This document shows, piece after piece, positions 24,425 to 37,385 of a DNA stretch of 64,000 bases. Position 1 is the stretch's first letter. Each line of letters opens with the position of its first letter. Location: the NCBI RefSeq assembly GCF_001194135.2, contig NC_068982.1, positions 39,245,632 to 39,309,631 on the forward strand, in the 5' to 3' direction. The DNA is from Octopus bimaculoides. Its lineage: Eukaryota. A program made the position numbers and the translations under genes. The notes under the pieces are model-generated. The model saw nothing but the letters and a program-made list of their open reading frames with translations. It was not told where the DNA came from and made no database searches.

Positions 24425-24545
24425 ATCCACCTCGACCATCAACCTCCACCACAACTATCCACCTCGACCATCAACCTCCACCACAACTATCCACCTCGAC
24501 CATCAACCTCCACCACAACTATCCACCTCGACCATCAACCTCCAC
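24425..24545. repeat. 32-bp minisatellite, about 3.8 copies, inside a degenerate (CCA/CAA) tract
   Basis: Unit ATCCACCTCGACCATCAACCTCCACCACAACT starting at 24425, 24457, 24489 and 24521. Confidence 0.9.
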
Positions 24546-26159
24546 TAGGACCATCAACCATCAACACAATCGCCACCGATACCATTACTGCCACGACCAT
24601 CAACCACCACTACAATCGCCATCACCACCGCCACAAATACTGCCGCCACCAAACCCACAACACTTTAATCACAACAGTTGACACACCAAATTTTATTGAA
24701 ATATTTCTACCTTGTTCCAGGAATAAAAACAAATAACTGCAAATAGAAAGTGAAAGTACCTTCAATTTCATCGTTTCCTACACCTCTATCACCCAATAAT
24801 ATATAACAAACAAATTATCCATCGCGACGCGCATCTACATCGATAGCAACATACAAACGAGTTTTTCAGCTTCAGTAGCGTCAAAAACCTGCGTCAAAAT
24901 AGTATAGAGATAAACAATTGTAGTTGAGCTGTCAAATGTGATTGGATACTACTGTCAAAGCAATCACACATTTACTCTCTATGCTTGTAAATATTCCCAC
25001 TCGCAGACTCGCTCTTACGCACGCGCACCGTTTCTCATAGTGTATTATGATGACAAATAAATGTGCATGTACGGGTAAGCATATATATATATATATATAT
25101 AAATTCTTAAATATATATATATATNNNNNNNNNNNNNNNNNNNNNNNNNNNNNNNNNNNNNNNNNNNNNNNNNNNNNNNNNNNNNNNNNNNNNNNNNNNN
25201 NNNNNNNNNNNNNNNNNNNNNNNNNNNNNNNNNNNNNNNNNNNNNNNNNNNNNNNNNNNNNNNNNNNNNNNNNNNNNNNNNNNNNNNNNNNNNNNNNNNN
25301 NNNNNNNNNNNNNNNNNNNNNNNNNNNNNNNNNNNNNNNNNNNNNNNNNNNNNNNNNNNNNNNNNNNNNNNNNNNNNNNNNNNNNNNNNNNNNNNNNNNN
25401 NNNNNNNNNNNNNNNNNNNNNNNNNNNNNNNNNNNNNNNNNNNNNNNNNNNNNNNNNNNNNNNNNNNNNNNNNNNNNNNNNNNNNNNNNNNNNNNNNNNN
25501 NNNNNNNNNNNNNNNNNNNNNNNNNNNNNNNNNNNNNNNNNNNNNNNNNNNNNNNNNNNNNNNNNNNNNNNNNNNNNNNNNNNNNNNNNNNNNNNNNNNN
25601 NNNNNNNNNNNNNNNNNNNNNNNNNNNNNNNNNNNNNNNNNNNNNNNNNNNNNNNNNNNNNNNNNNNNNNNNNNNNNNNNNNNNNNNNNNNNNNNNNNNN
25701 NNNNNNNNNNNNNNNNNNNNNNNNNNNNNNNNNNNNNNNNNNNNNNNNNNNNNNNNNNNNNNNNNNNNNNNNNNNNNNNNNNNNNNNNNNNNNNNNNNNN
25801 NNNNNNNNNNNNNNNNNNNNNNNNNNNNNNNNNNNNNNNNAGGTTTACATGATGTATTTATATACATATTTATATATTTGACTCAATATTAACAATGCAA
25901 TATTATGCATATTGCATAGTTAATATGTATTCATAAATATATACATCCATCCATCCATTTGTCTCTTTTGCATGGTCCGGTCGTTGGTGGCTACACCGGT
26001 TCTCCAACGGGGGCGAGGAAAGTTGCTACAAACCCAGCAAAACTAAAAACAAGACCAGTCAAAAAGTCGGATGAGCTCTGTGTAAGTTCAACTACTATTT
26101 AGCATTAGCACGAGTACTTAGAAATCCCGTCTTTGCGGGTGACATATATATGGAAGAGA

Positions 26160-26870
26160 TCCTTATATATATCTAATATATTTTATTTTAAAAACCAAAG
26201 GTAATAAACTATTCGCCCTTGGAAGGGATCCTTATATTAAGCCAAGGGAAATAACCCATTCATTTTCCTAAATATTTCTTAGTATCTGAATTGTTATTTT
26301 CGGAATTTATTTAGTACAACCCTTAAACAAGTAAATAGTATTTTCCTAAACAATAGATCCATTTATTTCGGTTAGTGACATATTTACGAATATACCAACA
26401 CTAGCGCCCCTGAGGGTAATATTCTCTGGGAACGCACAAAACCCTTTTCAGAGTTATTTACTTTGAATTGTTATTATCTCATATCTGATTAACCTGTTAT
26501 GACGTAACATGCTTCACGATTTTAGCATACATACCTTAGTATTTCCTCCTATGTTCTTTCTACTCTGGGAATGCATTAAAAACCTTTCCGGGGCTATTTT
26601 AATTGAATTCTTACTATCGGGTAACTAGTTTCATGTTATTACATGACTGACTTCACAGTTTGGGCATTCATAACTTATTGGGAATTCCTAAAAGCAAGAT
26701 CGTGTGTATGACAATTCACTATTCTCTATAAATGCACAAAAACCGTTTTAAGGGCTACATACTTCGTATTGTTGCTATTGGATTAGTGAAACAATTATGA
26801 GAACGGAACCAAGGGGATAAGCCCTGCTTTCTCGGGAATTACCGGGTACGTCAGCTACTATATATATGTA
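26160..26870 (+). mobile_element. Possible non-autonomous Helitron-like element with degenerate ~150-bp internal tandem repeats
   Basis: The unit TATTCTCTGGGAA.GCA.AAAACC.TTT..G.G.TA.TT..T.TGAATTGTT recurs at about 26420, 26560 and 26717. The segment ends ...ACCGGGTACGTCAGCTAC followed by (TA)n, like a Helitron CTAG-type 3' end. Confidence 0.4.
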
Positions 26871-26904
26871 TATATATATATATATATACCACTCATGTTT
26901 ATTT

Positions 26905-27195
26905 GACTGACATCTGTCGGTTATGACAACGAGTGTTCCAGCTAATCCGATCGCTGGAACAGTCTGCTCCTGAAATTAACGTACAAGGGCTGAGCACTCC
27001 ACAGACACGCTTACGTAGTTCTCAAGTAGATTCAGCATGACATAAAAGGTGACAAGGCTGGCCCTTTAAATTACAGGTACAGTTCATGTTTACCGGTAAA
27101 ATGGACTGGAGCAACATGAACTAAAGTGAAGGAATCGAACATCCGACTTTACGATCGAGAGCTGAATCTCCTAACCCATAAGCCATGCACCTTCA
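26905..27195 (-). mobile_element. SINE family C, degenerate with internal deletions
   Basis: GAAATTAACGTACAAG..CTGAGCACTCCACAGACACG...GTGACAAGGCTG.CCCTT matches family C. Confidence 0.7.
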
Positions 27196-27584
27196 CACAA
27201 TTCACGTAAGTTTGAGTTAAATACTTGGATGTAAATATACCCGCGTTCAGTCGAGTATAGTGGCACTGATGTAGCAACATTTGAAATATTGTCCAGGTAA
27301 ATCTAACTGAAGAAGACTAATCAAATTTGCGATTAGAAACGTATTTGAAAAGTCCGAAACCTAGGTACTAGATTATCCGATTCTGGGTTGTCCATTTATC
27401 TAATGTTCTTCCTAGAGGTAAAACGAAATGTTTTATGTTCTCTGCCCTCACACGTCTTTGCCAGTATATACATACATAGGGAAGCTTTACAATAGAGTCG
27501 TAAATTTATCGACTGCTATTTCTGGTAAACATTGGTGCCTTGTTGTACCACTACCCTCTTTCTTTCTTTCTATCTCTCTCTGTC

Positions 27585-27665
<81 letters not shown>

Positions 27666-27744
27666 ACACATACATACAAGCATACGTTCAAGCATACGTT
27701 CAAGCATACGTACAAGCATACATACGCTGGCGCAGACGTGACCT

Positions 27745-28410
27745 TGGTGAGAAGCTTGCTTTTTAATGACACGGATCCGGGTTCAATCCCACTGCGTGGC
27801 ACCTTGGGCAAGTGTCTTCTACTATAGCCTCGGGTCAACCAAAGTCATGTGAATGAGATTTGGTAAACAGAAACTGAAAGAAGTCTGTCGTATATATANN
27901 NNNNNNNNNNNNNNNNNNNNNNNNNNNNNNNNNNNNNNNNNNNNNNNNNNNNNNNNNNNNNNNNNNNNNNNNNNNNNNNNNNNNNNNNNNNNNNNNNNNN
28001 NNNNNNNNNNNNNNNNNNNNNNNNNNNNNNNNNNNNNNNNNNNNNNNNNNNNNNNNNNNNNNNNNNNNNNNNNNNNNNNNNNNNNNNNNNNNNNNNNNNN
28101 NNNNNNNNNNNNNNNNNNNNNNNNNNNNNNNNATATATGTATTAATATATGTATATATCTATGTATGTGTGTATGTTATGTCTATTTATGTCTATGTTTG
28201 CTTGTCCCTCACCACGGCTTGACCACCAGTGTTGTTGTGAGTATGTCGCCGTAAAAACAGCAGCTCGGCAAAATACATCGACAGAATAAGAACCAGGCGT
28301 GAATGAGATAATAAGTATTGGAGTCAATTATTTCGACTAAAATTCCTCAAGGCAATGCCCCAGCATGACCGCAGTGTAATGACTGAAACAATTAAAATAT
28401 AAAAGATAAC
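27745..28410 (+). mobile_element. SINE family B spanning an N-gap
   Basis: Head at 27745-27897 and 3' half at 28190-28410. The gap lies in the internal microsatellite. Confidence 0.82.
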
Positions 28411-28811
28411 GATATTCATGTATATGTGTGTACGTACACATACACTCACACACATACGGACATACATATATCCACGTTAGTGACTTTTGCCAGGCGTATG
28501 CCTCATCATATAGATGTCAAGCCTTACACAAGCTGATAGGAATAAACGCGTGAACAAGTGTGTATTACTTCCGAGTGACAGTATCATTATAATTCATTAA
28601 GTCAGTTACACGATAACGTTTACATAGTTTTTAGATCATCAGGATTTCCTCATTCACTTAGCACGCGCATTTGTGTGTATCTGTGTCCGTGTATGCACTA
28701 TGTGCATTTGTGTGCCGGTGAGTGCGTGATTTACCTTTGTGTACGTCAGCGATCACTATGACAGACCTGTTAGCATGATCACTGGAAATTGTCTGCGATC
28801 TCACGACGAAA

Positions 28812-28814
<3 letters not shown>

Positions 28815-28859
<45 letters not shown>

Positions 28860-28906
28860 GCTGCTGCTGTTGCTGCTACTGCTGCTACTGCTGCTGTTGC
28901 CTCTGA

Positions 28907-28975
<69 letters not shown>
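28815..28975. repeat. (TAC)n/(TGC)n microsatellite
   Basis: Direct reading; explains the poly-L and poly-V ORFs. Confidence 0.95.
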
Positions 28976-29109
28976 GTATTATGTATAAGGCGAATAAGTT
29001 TATGAGTAGGGGGTTAGTCGATTGTACTTAATTTTGTCGGCCTCGAAAGGATAAAAGATTAAGTTAACCTAGACCATATTTGATCTCAGCAGATAAAGCG
29101 CTGGAATAA

Positions 29110-29325
29110 TAACAATATTTCTTTCTAAATTAGGCACAAGACCAGCAATTTCGGAGAGGGAGTAAGTCGATTAAATAGAGCCAAGTGTTTAACTGGTACT
29201 TGTTTCTTTTTTTGACCCCGAGAGGGATGAAAGGCAAAGTCCATCTTGGCAGAACTTCAGCTCAGAACTTTGTCGCCAAGTATTTTGCCCGACATACTAA
29301 CGATTCTACCGGCTTGCTGTCCTAA
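29110..29325 (-). mobile_element. SINE family A, diverged
   Basis: GACCCCGAGAGGGATGAAAGGCAAAGTC...CAGCTCAGAAC...CTAACGATTCTACC. Confidence 0.7.
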
Positions 29326-29357
29326 TACTTTCAGATTCTGGTATAAGTTCGTACCTT

Positions 29358-29438
<81 letters not shown>

Positions 29439-29470
29439 TCTGATGCTGCTGATGATGATAATAATAATAA

Positions 29471-31810
29471 TCGTTGGTTCACAGAAGTAGAGTACGAAGC
29501 TATCAAAAGACGGGTATTGGAAAATAGCAGCAGAGATAACGATGAAAATACAGTTCTTACTAATAAAAGTCATCTCATAGGAAAGGAGCAGTGGTAGCTT
29601 ACTTGATGAGAGACATATAGATGATCTGAAAGAAGACAATAAAACTAATGGCGATATGACAGATGAACAAAAAGCAATCTACGAAAGAATAAAGGCAAGA
29701 CTACAGAAGAACGATAGCGATATTATTTGCTACCTTAAAAAGGTTGATCGGTGGAAATTGAACCAAGAAACGAAAAATGTCAATGAAATTCTGAAATACA
29801 TTAGAACAAACAACATCACAGAAACAAATAATTTGATTAAGGCAGCAAATATTGTTGTAGCAGAAAACGTGGGTGTTCATGTCAAGGAAAAGAAATATGA
29901 TGAGAGTGACAAAAGAAAAGATCCATGGTGGAGAAGAAGAATACAGGCAGGGTTAGACATGCCCTCGAAGGAAATTCCTGTGTTAAACCGAAAAGAGAAC
30001 AAAAATACAGGGCACTGAAAAGGAAGTATAATATTGAAAGAAAGGGCCTGAAAGTGGTAATGGAGGAACTGAAACAGCACATTACTGCAAAGAAAGCAAA
30101 GATGGTAAGATACGACCAAACAATGAAGGGATACCAGCAGATTAGCTTATTCTGAGTAGATCAGAAGAGATTCGATAAAAAAATAAATGGAGAGTGTACA
30201 GATGAAAAATTGATACCAGATAGCAATGAAAGTCAAAGGTTTTGGAGTGACATCTGGGGCAAAGACAAGGAGCACAGGAAGGATGCTGAATGGTTGCAAA
30301 AACTGAAACAAGCAGTAGTCTGTCCAAAACAGGCAAAACTAGTCATTTCAGTTAAGTGAAGGAAATCAGCAAAAATATGAGCAACTGGAAGGCCCCGGGA
30401 CCAGATGGAGTTCAAGGCTACTGGATCAAAAGATTTGGTGAATGTCATGCATGAATAGCTGCGCAACTCAACACCTTGTTAAATGCCGACCAAGTTACAC
30501 CAGAGTGGTTGACATTGAGTAGGACAGTGCTGTGCTTATCGAAAAAGGCAATACGGTAGACAATTACAGGCCGATATCCTGTTTGCCACTTATGTGGAAA
30601 TCATTGACTGGAATACACGCAGAGTCAATGTACGAATATCTAGAAAAAAAATGGACTCCTGTCACATGAGCAGAAGGAATGCAAGCATAAGTGCAGAAGT
30701 ACCAAGGATCAACTCCTGATAGACAAAACTATACTTAGAGAATGCAAGAGGAGGAAAAGTAACTTAGCCAAGGCGTACGATATGATAACACATTCGTGGA
30801 TTATGGAATTTATGAACCTATTTGACATTGCATCGAATGTTGAGCGATTGCTTGGAAAGAGTATGGTGAATTGGAGGACGGACCTGACAGCATACGGAAG
30901 AAGTTTAGAGACAGTAATAATCAGGAGGGGCATCTTCCAAGGGGACTGCTTGTCCCCACTGATCTTTGTACTGTGCTTGATACCACTAACACTGATTCTG
31001 AGGAAAGCAAAAGCTGGGTATGTATTCAAAAACCGCCAACAAAAAGTCAACCATTTGTTATTCATGGATGACCTTAAACTTTATGGTAAAGTCAGTTAAT
31101 TTGTTGATACGGTGTATAATTTCACTGCTGATATCAGAGTTCGGACTGAGAAAGTGTGGTGTGTTAGTCTTGGAGAGATGCAAAATCAAATGTATGAACG
31201 GTTTAACGATACCGTCGGGGGAGGTTATGAAGCAGATAGAAGAGGCGGCCTATAAGTGCTTGGGGATTTTGGAAATGGATAAATTGATAGAGAAAAAATG
31301 ATTTAAAAAAATTAAGGTGGAGTACTTGCGCAGACTGAGACTGATCCTCAAGTCGAAATTAAACGGACGGAATAAGATTGAAGGTATCAACACCTGGGCG
31401 GTTTCACTCCTTTGATATGGAGCAGAGGTAATCGCATGGACAGTAGACGAACAAAACAGCTTAGACAGAAAGACAAGGAAGTTGATAACTAGATATGGGA
31501 CACTCCCCCCAAAAAGTGACACAAACAGACTGTAAGTACCACAAAAAAGAGGGGAAGAGGACTGATTGGATGCAAACACAGCATTAGAGCAGAAGAAAAC
31601 AACATAGCATGGTATGTAAAAAATGCCACAGAACCGCTATTATTAGAATTAGGAAGGTCAAGCTTGTGTAGGATGAAAGATTGCAAAAGTAAAGCACTGT
31701 ACAAGCAATTGAAAACGAATGAAACTGAAAATAAGTAGGTAAAGAAAAGAATGCATGGACAATTTCATAGGGATGTTGAAGATAAGACAGACAGAGAAAA
31801 AAGATGAGAA
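29471..31810 (+). mobile_element. R4/Dong-like (restriction-like endonuclease) non-LTR retrotransposon, truncated and frameshifted
   Basis: WFTEVEYEAIKRR; NNLIKAANIVVAE; DPWWRRRI; WKAPGPDGVQGYWIKRF; [13 protein letters not shown]; KDQLLID; [23 protein letters not shown]; [12 protein letters not shown]; LNGRNKI..INTWAVS; GGRGL; MHGQF. Directly preceded by (TAA)n at 29358-29470. Confidence 0.88.
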
Positions 31811-31889
31811 AAAAATATTTTACCCCAGTGTTACTTTCATGGCATACACTGCTCCACCACTCAATAATAATGACAATAATAAGCCTTTC

Positions 31890-32125
31890 TATTACACGCA
31901 CAAGGACAGCAATTATGGGGGAGAGCTAAGATCGATTGTCTCAACTCCAGCTCTGAACTGGTACTTATTTTATGACCCCGAAAGGATGAAAAGCAAAGAC
32001 AACCACAGCGAAGTTTGATCACAGAATGTAAAGAGTCGGAACACATAGGACATATACCGCACAAAGTTTTTTTTTTCTTTTCTTTTTCGACACACTAACG
32101 ATCCTACCACTTCTTGCCTGCAAGA
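31890..32125 (-). mobile_element. SINE family A, diverged
   Basis: GGTACTTATTTTATGACCCCGAAAGGATGAAAAGCAAAG...CACTAACGATCCTACC. Confidence 0.7.
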
Positions 32126-32249
32126 AAGCGTTTAGGGTAATAAAAATGCAAAGAAAGATCAAAGTAAACACACGTAAACAATAAAAACAATAGCAATTAG
32201 CAAGAAAATTATAACAAAGAAAATTCCCCAATGGAAAAAGGTGTATTCC

Positions 32250-33170
32250 CCAGGGGTGATCAAGACCCCTGCCTGCAGTGCCATTGGCGATCGCCCCAGC
32301 CGTCAATGGCACCAATGGAAGACACCTCTCTTCAAACTACAGGCATACACTTAGAATGTGTTCAATTACTTGGAGCATCTTCGCAACATTCACTCATACT
32401 TGAACAAATCTATTGAAAATGGAGTACCTTCGGCCGGTAGACAGCTCCGTTCTGCACGCAATAGCTGCTGTTTGGCATAATTCCGCACGTCAACAAGGCT
32501 TAGAGGGCATGCATGGAGGTTCTCTCTTTGTGTGCATCTCAGGCACTATCAAGCCCGTAGAATTTATCTCGAACTAACAATGCTATCCGGTAGCTGTGAG
32601 CATTTGACGATATTCTAGATGCCAGATGCTTGGTGGGCAGTAACAGTTTTTTATTGGCTTAGAACAGCAGTTGCATCAAAGAAACGAGCAGCGAGAAAGC
32701 ATGTCTTAAAAACGGAAACTTCACAAGCACACCATCCAAGAAATTCTGAAGGTGGTGTACCTTCATCAATGTGTGTGTACTTCAAAGTCCACTGCATGGC
32801 GAACCCTACGTGCAGAAAGGTGTTGGCAGTAGTTAGATTGCATGATCTGTTGAATACATTCCTACTGTTAAAAACAAAATAACAGAAGCTCCAATCTGGT
32901 TAATCAATATCTAAACCTAGGTACACCAACCAAGCAGTAAATTGTGACACAGCTATTGGGCATCTCAGCCCAATTTTTCGCTTATACCTTCTCACCTATT
33001 GTGACTGAGGCCAGCCAACATATTCATAATATGATACCAGTTGTGATTTACCTGAATGTCAGCACCAATGCCAAAGAAGTTTGACTGCACCGTCTGTGTC
33101 CAGTGTTTCGGTGTCAAAAAGTGGAAGAAATCAGGAGAGTCAACGGCCATCCAAATAATATTTATTGTTA
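32250..33170 (-). mobile_element. Probable hAT transposase relic with one terminal end
   Basis: Starts CAGGGGTGATCAAG (CAG-type hAT terminus). Minus-strand remnants loosely match hAT motifs: ...NMLAG (YDNAANMSG-like), CVTIYCLVGV (C..HSLNLVGV-like) and SEFLGWCA (SDTRW.AR-like). Heavily decayed. Confidence 0.35.
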
Positions 33171-33599
33171 CTGTTGTTGGTAAGGCGGCGAGTCTGTCCA
33201 ATTGTTAGCACGCCGGACAGAGTGCTTAGTGGCATATACTACAAAGGATTGTTGTTGATGGTGATATCATTGTTATTATCATAATTAACCATTGTAAACA
33301 ATACTACCGGCTTATGATGATAACAATATTGCTAATAAATAACCTAAGGCCATAAGCTATTGAGTTCGTCTCGGTGGTGTTAGGTCAACCACAAAAGGAG
33401 AAGCTCTTTAGCTGATGTCTCAATAAAAAAAAAAACATTGGTTGTTGTGACATCTTAACAGCACAAACCTCTTTATGAGGTTGTACCAAATAAAAATTAT
33501 TATCCCAACTGCGTTAACGAGACTTGATTCTCAAGTAAAAATCTCACGAACAGCAAGTGTCCAACTATGCAGCAGGATCGGCCAACGCGCTATTCGGTT

Positions 33600-34965
33600 A
33601 CTGCTGCAAGGATTAGGATATGGTGGTCTTAAAAATGACAACAGATCGTTATGAATGATACTACGAGAACGAGCCTTTCAAACTAGGATACAAAAAACGA
33701 GTGTAAAATATGGATAGAGATAAGTTCCATGTCACAGAAAAATCTAATCGTGAAAAGTGAATGCTATCTTTGGTGGAGTGAAAGGGAATTTTCAAAACAG
33801 TGAAAAAGGAAGAACGTGGCTATGTAGAAGAGGAAATCGAACATAAAAGAAAAGCAGAACGGATAATAAATCATCGTGAGAAAAATATATTAGAGTGTAA
33901 ACGCGTGTTACTTTATGGAAGGAAAGGATATTACAGAGGAGGAAAGGGATTCACTTTAACGTTTAAATAAGATACGAATTAGTGAAAGAACGAGCGTATC
34001 AGCTATAAGAGGAATCGAAAGTGAAAAACTTGGTAAAGTAGTAAAGACGCTGGGTGAGGTCATAATGAAAATCTGTTGAAAATAGAACATATAAAGGACA
34101 TCATATACTGCACAGCTGGTGTTACTCAAGAAATTCTCGGGGTTAAATGTCAAGCAAAAAAAGGGGCTGGGGGACAAAAGCCCAGAGTAGAAATGGAGAG
34201 TTAAGAATCCAGTTGGGCAGCTCAAAAGAACTCCTAGAAGGATAAATTCAGTAAGTGAAAATACACAAGAATTACCTCCCAAAAAGTACTTAGACACAGA
34301 GGATTACAGGTATCTAAAGGAAAGATAGGACAACAAATGAATTCAATGTCAGGGAAAAAAAAACTAGATATCATCAAAGAAAAACCAGTGTTAGCAGAAA
34401 AGGCTTTTCAGAAACAATGAAAGGAAATGTAAATGTCACCACCAGCTGATCAAAGAGAATGGACATCAGGAGAATAGTATGCCAAATTCAGAAATAGTAA
34501 GGAACCTTTGGTAAGATAATAATTGGAGTAAAGAAGTTTAAAATAACAGGGAAGCGAACTGGTTACATAAAATTAAAAACAGAATGGGGAGAAACAGTTC
34601 AAGTCAAGAAAATATGAACATTACCGAAAAGAAGATAAAAAAAGATGCATAAAATGCACCAAATGGGAAGACCGTTGGACCCGATGGTGCTGAGGAATTA
34701 TTGCTAACAAAATCTCGTAAGTATGCACAACTATATACTGCTATATCTTAATGATTATATAGAAAATAGAACACCAGCATGGCTGACAAAAAGGAAATGC
34801 AGCGTTGATACAGAAGAAGAAAGAAAAGGGAGTAAATCAGCAATTATTGGCCTACTACTTGTCATTGATCTGGAAATAACTAAATGGCCTCGTAGAAGAT
34901 GAATCGTATAGCTTCATGGAGAAGGAGAATCTATGACAAGAGGAGCAAAATGGCAACCAGGGGCA
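33600..34965 (+). mobile_element. Second, more decayed R4/Dong-like element (N-terminal region to start of RT)
   Basis: IVM.....S..K.GYKKRV*NIW (N-terminal motif); remnants of AAGV..EILG, GPDG, P.WLT.G, NY.P.TC and QEEQ.G. Confidence 0.55.
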
Positions 34966-34999
34966 TATAGCTAGTTGTTCTACAACTTCCACATGTCGT

Positions 35000-36900
35000 A
35001 TTCTGTAGATACTAAATGTATTCTGCTTCACTGCAAGCTTTTGTTGGTTTCTAGGAGAAAGGCTTTCAACATGTATCGCAATAAAGAATTCTTCAATTCA
35101 GCTTTGGGGATTGAACTTCTCAAGCTGTGCTGCAGTTTTTCTTTGTCTATTTCTACTCTGTTCAATTTTTCTTTGTCTACTCAGTTCAACGTTTCTTGTC
35201 TTTTTTTTTTTTTTGGTATTGGCCATATTGGAGCTTTCCTTGTCTTGTTTTAGCATGATATTCTGTAGCTCATTTCTGTTTATTCTTTAGCTTTCACAAT
35301 TTTTGTTATTGTTTCTCCTCTCTCAACATAACTATCTACATTTCAACCTTTGTTTTATGTGTTATCTTCTCTAATAACAGAAAACAGATTTTGTTTACTT
35401 CGTGTTTTGAAGCTATTTTAATTTCCCGTTAGTCTTTACTTGATGCGTCTGTAGTCCTACAGTGGATAGGCGTAAGTTGTTGCCTCTGAGCATTTGTGGT
35501 AAATGTAATATGTCAGATTTTACGTTGTACGAGTAGTCATCATTTTTGTTTCTTTTTCCGACTGGTTTTGCTAATTTACTGAAGGTCCATTAGAAATGAT
35601 CAAAATTATGAATTATTACTTAGGGACTATCGTACTACTGCTTGAGATTTTGAATTTAATTCTGTTTTAAGTTTTAATATAATGCATCTATAATTTACCA
35701 TCCTTATCTTTACTTTCATTCATGTGTTGTAATCTCTAGTTCAGTGATTCGTAAGTAGTTGCAAGTGATGTTTAATGAAATAAGCGTCATAAATGAATTC
35801 CTTCTTTTTAAGTTCACTTGGCGCAATTTTGAAATCGAAGTCACCAAATTTTATAGTGTAACCGTGTATTTTATGTAGTAGTGTTTCTAGTTGCATATCA
35901 TTTGCAGCGTACAGTGGCTATAACCAAGTCTAGTCTGATTTGTACATGTTAGTTAAATTGTTAGCACCAGGTGTAAAAAGAAAAAATGCAGAGAAGGAAG
36001 AATCCTTGAAATATTTATTTCTTGGTAAAGTAGGAGCTAGTTTGGTAATTCTCTGTTGTATCTTAACCTGCAGAATTGATTACTATTTTCTTTGAGTGTG
36101 TGATTTATCTATGTATTGTTGGTGTTACCTTACTCGAGGCTGATGCATCCAGGGTACATGTGGGGGAACACTATCAAAATGTTTTAATGGTCAATACACG
36201 TCTAGAATTTAGGCTATAGCTTTGTTGATTATTAATTTATCTTTATAGCGATATGAAATTTTGCAAGAGTCTAATAATCTCCAGGAGACAAGTTGTTTTC
36301 CTTGAAGTTTATTTAGTCTTTCCGATTTTACATCAATGCGTACCGTGTTAGACTCCTCTCTTACTCCTGAAATTTCTGTTATGGTTTTGTTGTTTTATTT
36401 ATCTTTACAATCATATAAACTTTTACAGGATCCCATCGGGTCTTCTAGAAGCACGTTGATTCCTAGATGTGTATTCATCCTTGCCGATTTTATATCAGTG
36501 AAAGCTTTGAAAACTGTGAGAGGCAGTTACTATTCCAGCCATGGGCAAAATTTTGAGAAGCAAGCCACCTGAGACGTAATTCATCATTAGGTGGGTCACG
36601 CTACTAAAAAATTCAAGGTGACTTTTCGTTAGGCATGCCATTCAGAAAGTCCCGTGAATAGCAGTTTGCCTAGATTCTAGTCAATAGGTTTTACAATTTG
36701 TCGTTTTTTTTCTTAATCCTGGAGATTCCTCTCAATGAATCAGTAAGTTGTAGACCACTTCCTTCAGTATTATATTAAACAACTACAATACTCCTTGCTG
36801 TCTCTGTTAAATATTTTACCCAGAAGCTTTGAATTTTATTTCCTTCTCGCGCCATTTCTATCGTATTTTCTATTGAAAGTAAAATCAGACTTGAAACTCT
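35000..36900 (-). mobile_element. Very degenerate Penelope-like RT remnant
   Basis: Minus-strand remnants resembling ADKG.SIVV (LTETARSIVV), GMP...P.I.SSV and RWLA. Many stops. Confidence 0.3.
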
Positions 36901-37164
36901 CGTCATTTTTGTTGCTTACTGGTATATTTCTTTGTGGCAGTACTGAGTATTCCCCACCCCCGTTTCGTTGTAGTTTTTAACTTCAATTTCAAAATCTACA
37001 TTTCTCTTTAACCTTATATTGAATGACAGAGTTTATCATATATTGTGCAAAGATACTGAACAGGCCGATGGTGGTACGTTTTGTTTTCTGTCCGTTTTTT
37101 TTTGTACATGTGATGTCCAAATGTTAGTCAAAACGAAATTTTTGCAATATATATTTATATGAAG

Positions 37165-37385
37165 TAAGGTGGCGAGAGGGTAGAGTCCTTAGCACGCCGG
37201 GAAAAATGCTTAGTGACATTTCCGTCCATCTTCACGTTCTGAGTTCAAATTCTGCCGAGGTTGATGTTGCCTTTCATCTGTTAGAGGGCGGTAAAATAAG
37301 TACCAGTTGGACACTGGGGTCGATGTAATTTACTAGCCCCTACCCCCGAAATTGCTGGCCTTCTGCCAAAATTTGAAACCAATAT
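37165..37385 (+). mobile_element. SINE family A, full-length
   Basis: GTAAGGTGGCGAG...GCACGCCGGG..AATGCTTAG...GTTCTGAGTTCAAATTCTGCCGAGG...AAAATAAGTACCAGTTGGACACTGGGGTCGATG. A family-B head follows at about 37425-37510. Confidence 0.85.

Noticed and set aside
23528-24736. Mucin-like Thr/Ser/Pro/His-rich ORFs
   Set aside because: All frames are open because of (CCA/CAC/CAG)n decay; the 32-nt repeat period breaks frame; there is a gap inside and no splice evidence.
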